From the NCBI GenBank assembly GCA_964187785.1, contig OZ076413.1:15686001-15750000 (forward strand): 64,000 bases of DNA, given 5' to 3'. The notes under the pieces were generated by a model. It saw nothing but the letters and a program-made list of their open reading frames with translations. It was not told the DNA's origin and searched no databases. Of the stretch, positions 62,224 through 64,000 are shown in pieces (positions within the stretch are counted from its first letter, which is position 1; the number at the start of each line of letters is the position of its first letter). The DNA is from Amphiscolops sp. MND2022 (taxonomy: Eukaryota). The translations under genes and the position numbers were made by a program.

Positions 62224-62452
62224 CACTTATTCAATATACGAATTGAAAAAGAAGGTGGGCATGAGAAAATTCGTTTGTTGAAGCAGCGTTAAAATAAAAG
62301 TAAGTAAGAAGATGGTGCGGAAAACGAATCTTCTCATGCCCACCTTCCTTTTAATTCGTATATTAAATAAGTACAGTAGCGTTCTAAAACATCGCAACTC
62401 CATTACTCAAAATGACAAAAATCAAAACCATGTATTTCAAACTGTCACAAAT
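62143..62452. repeat. ~310-bp imperfect palindrome (two ~130-bp arms, ~45-bp spacer)
   Basis: 62143-62275 is the reverse complement of ~62321-62452. Confidence 0.85.
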
Positions 62453-63263
62453 ACAAAGCATGAAAACAAAGTGATCGCTGCGGTGATAAATTGGAAGTGT
62501 TTTTTGTTCTAAATGAAATAGTGGAAGCTGCATTGTAATCGTGCAAACTTTCTCCTTGCGTGCTTACAGTATTTTCTATGTTTATCAAAAATTTAGAATG
62601 CATGCATGGATGCAACGTGGAAAACGTTCCGGTAGCTTCGACTAGGGTAAACCTGACTTCCCTAGTTGGAACTGCTGCAACTTTTTACATGTTTTTGTAG
62701 GTTACCAAGCTAATTTTCCATGACTTTGTAAAACTCTCAAGGAAACGTTCATTCATTAAAACTTCACTGATTTGATTAAATTTTGTCAAGCTGACTTTAA
62801 GATGTATCTTAAATTTGGCGACAATTCAGAGCAGCGAAGTTTTACAGGGTTCATTAGGACGTCATTCTAATTTTAAAAGCAACTGAGACCGCTGCTTTTA
62901 TCATCAATTTTACCGCAAATTTAATGTGAACAAACTTCAATCACAATATAAGTTTAATAGGAACATTACTTTTCGGCACAGCCAAGAAATGCCGAAAACG
63001 CCGAAAACCGATAAATTTAGAGTGAACGTGCCGAAAACCAACTTGGAAAATCACTCGGAATAGGCTATTGTTTGATCAACACGCAGTGTGCGAACTTGCA
63101 AATCAATGTTTACATTGCGATTTAGCTAGGTTATTTGAGTTCAGGATGTAACACAGTTGTCTTAAACAAACACATCGTGTGTTAACTATAGTTAGTCTTC
63201 ATGTTGCAAACTCACAGGTGCTGTGTTGAGTTGTGTACTGTTAGTATACTTATTATAAACTGA

Positions 63264-64000
63264 ATGTTTATAATGGGGAAAGCGAAGTCATTGAAACCGC
63301 GGTTGCGTCAGCAAGTTAAAGAACATAATTTCCTTAGCATTCTTGACTCTTCCGAAGATGAAGGATTCAAAATTATGTGTGGTGTTTGTTCTAAATCTTT
63401 TTCCGTTCGCAAAACTAATCATATACCTGTTCATTTGAGAATGATATCTCATGTTCGCGCTACTCAATTGAATAAACCTAAGCAGACGGTTCCCATTCCG
63501 TGTCCATCTGGCAGACCCCAAAAGGAAGACGAGTTTACTTTTAAATTTACCGAGGCCTGGATTGAATTTGGGTTACCTTTGTCAGCTTTACTCCCCGGTA
63601 AAAAATTGAGAAACGTGCTAGAAGATGGGTTTTGCCGTCCTTTACCAAGTCTATCAACTTTGGCCAGTAGTTACGCAACGGCTGCTTTTACAAAAAACGT
63701 GAAAAACTGATTGAAATTCTGCAGGAAATCCCGGCTATCTACATTATATTTGATGAAGCAGACTACCAGGGTGAAAAGTACTACGCATTCATTATCCGGA
63801 AATTGGACAGCGAAAAATCACATCCTCCATTTCTTATCGAAATTACAAGAGAAGCTAATCCTCCCGAACTCCTGCGAGCTCTCACTGGACTGAAATTAGT
63901 TGACCAAGTTTCGAAATTTAGCTTGTTTCTGACCAATGCTGCGTCGTATTGCGTGGCAGCAGGAAACGCTCTGAAAATGACTTATACGGATTTGATACAT
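63264..64000 (+). pseudogene. hAT/CGGBP1-like DDE transposase, frameshifted near 63705, runs off window
   Basis: MCGVCSKSF...HLRMISH zinc finger; LPSLSTLASSY; IYIIFDEAD (first catalytic Asp region); FLTNAASYCVAAGNALKMTYTDLIH matches the TDAAPYM...LIHVTC motif. Confidence 0.75.

Overview
Repeat-dominated, AT-rich animal (probably invertebrate) nuclear DNA with no confidently identifiable host gene. (1) 1-8.6 kb: a decayed Ty3/Gypsy pol is interrupted by a 4,959-bp BEL/Pao retrotransposon (232-5190, minus strand). The BEL element has 545-bp LTRs, a GACAC TSD and a tRNA-Trp PBS, lacks integrase, and carries tRNA-like A/B-box modules in its LTRs and 3' UTR. (2) 11.3-36.6 kb: an ~11-kb block of hAT/CGGBP1-like fragments, Gypsy integrase and an unclassified antisense Zn-finger ORF occurs on both sides of a 200-N gap (probable haplotype overlap). 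The first copy has an extra 3.18-kb tandem duplication. (3) 38068-52184: a full-length but decayed 14.1-kb Polinton/Maverick (adintovirus-like) element with AGTAGT termini, TIRs and a perfect 6-bp TSD (TGAACT). It encodes pPolB, adenain protease, major and minor capsid, a core-like protein, integrase, packaging ATPase and accessory ORFs. Its most unusual traits are a PHD finger in frame with a chromodomain-less integrase, an adjacent HUH-motif ORF plus parvovirus-type PLA2 ORF, and probable short introns in the pPolB tail. (4) 52-64 kb: non-autonomous repeats (HINE/DINE-1-like, TA-flanked MITE, a 310-bp palindrome) and a hAT/CGGBP1-like transposase running off the window end. All family assignments come from motif recognition by eye; no searches were run.
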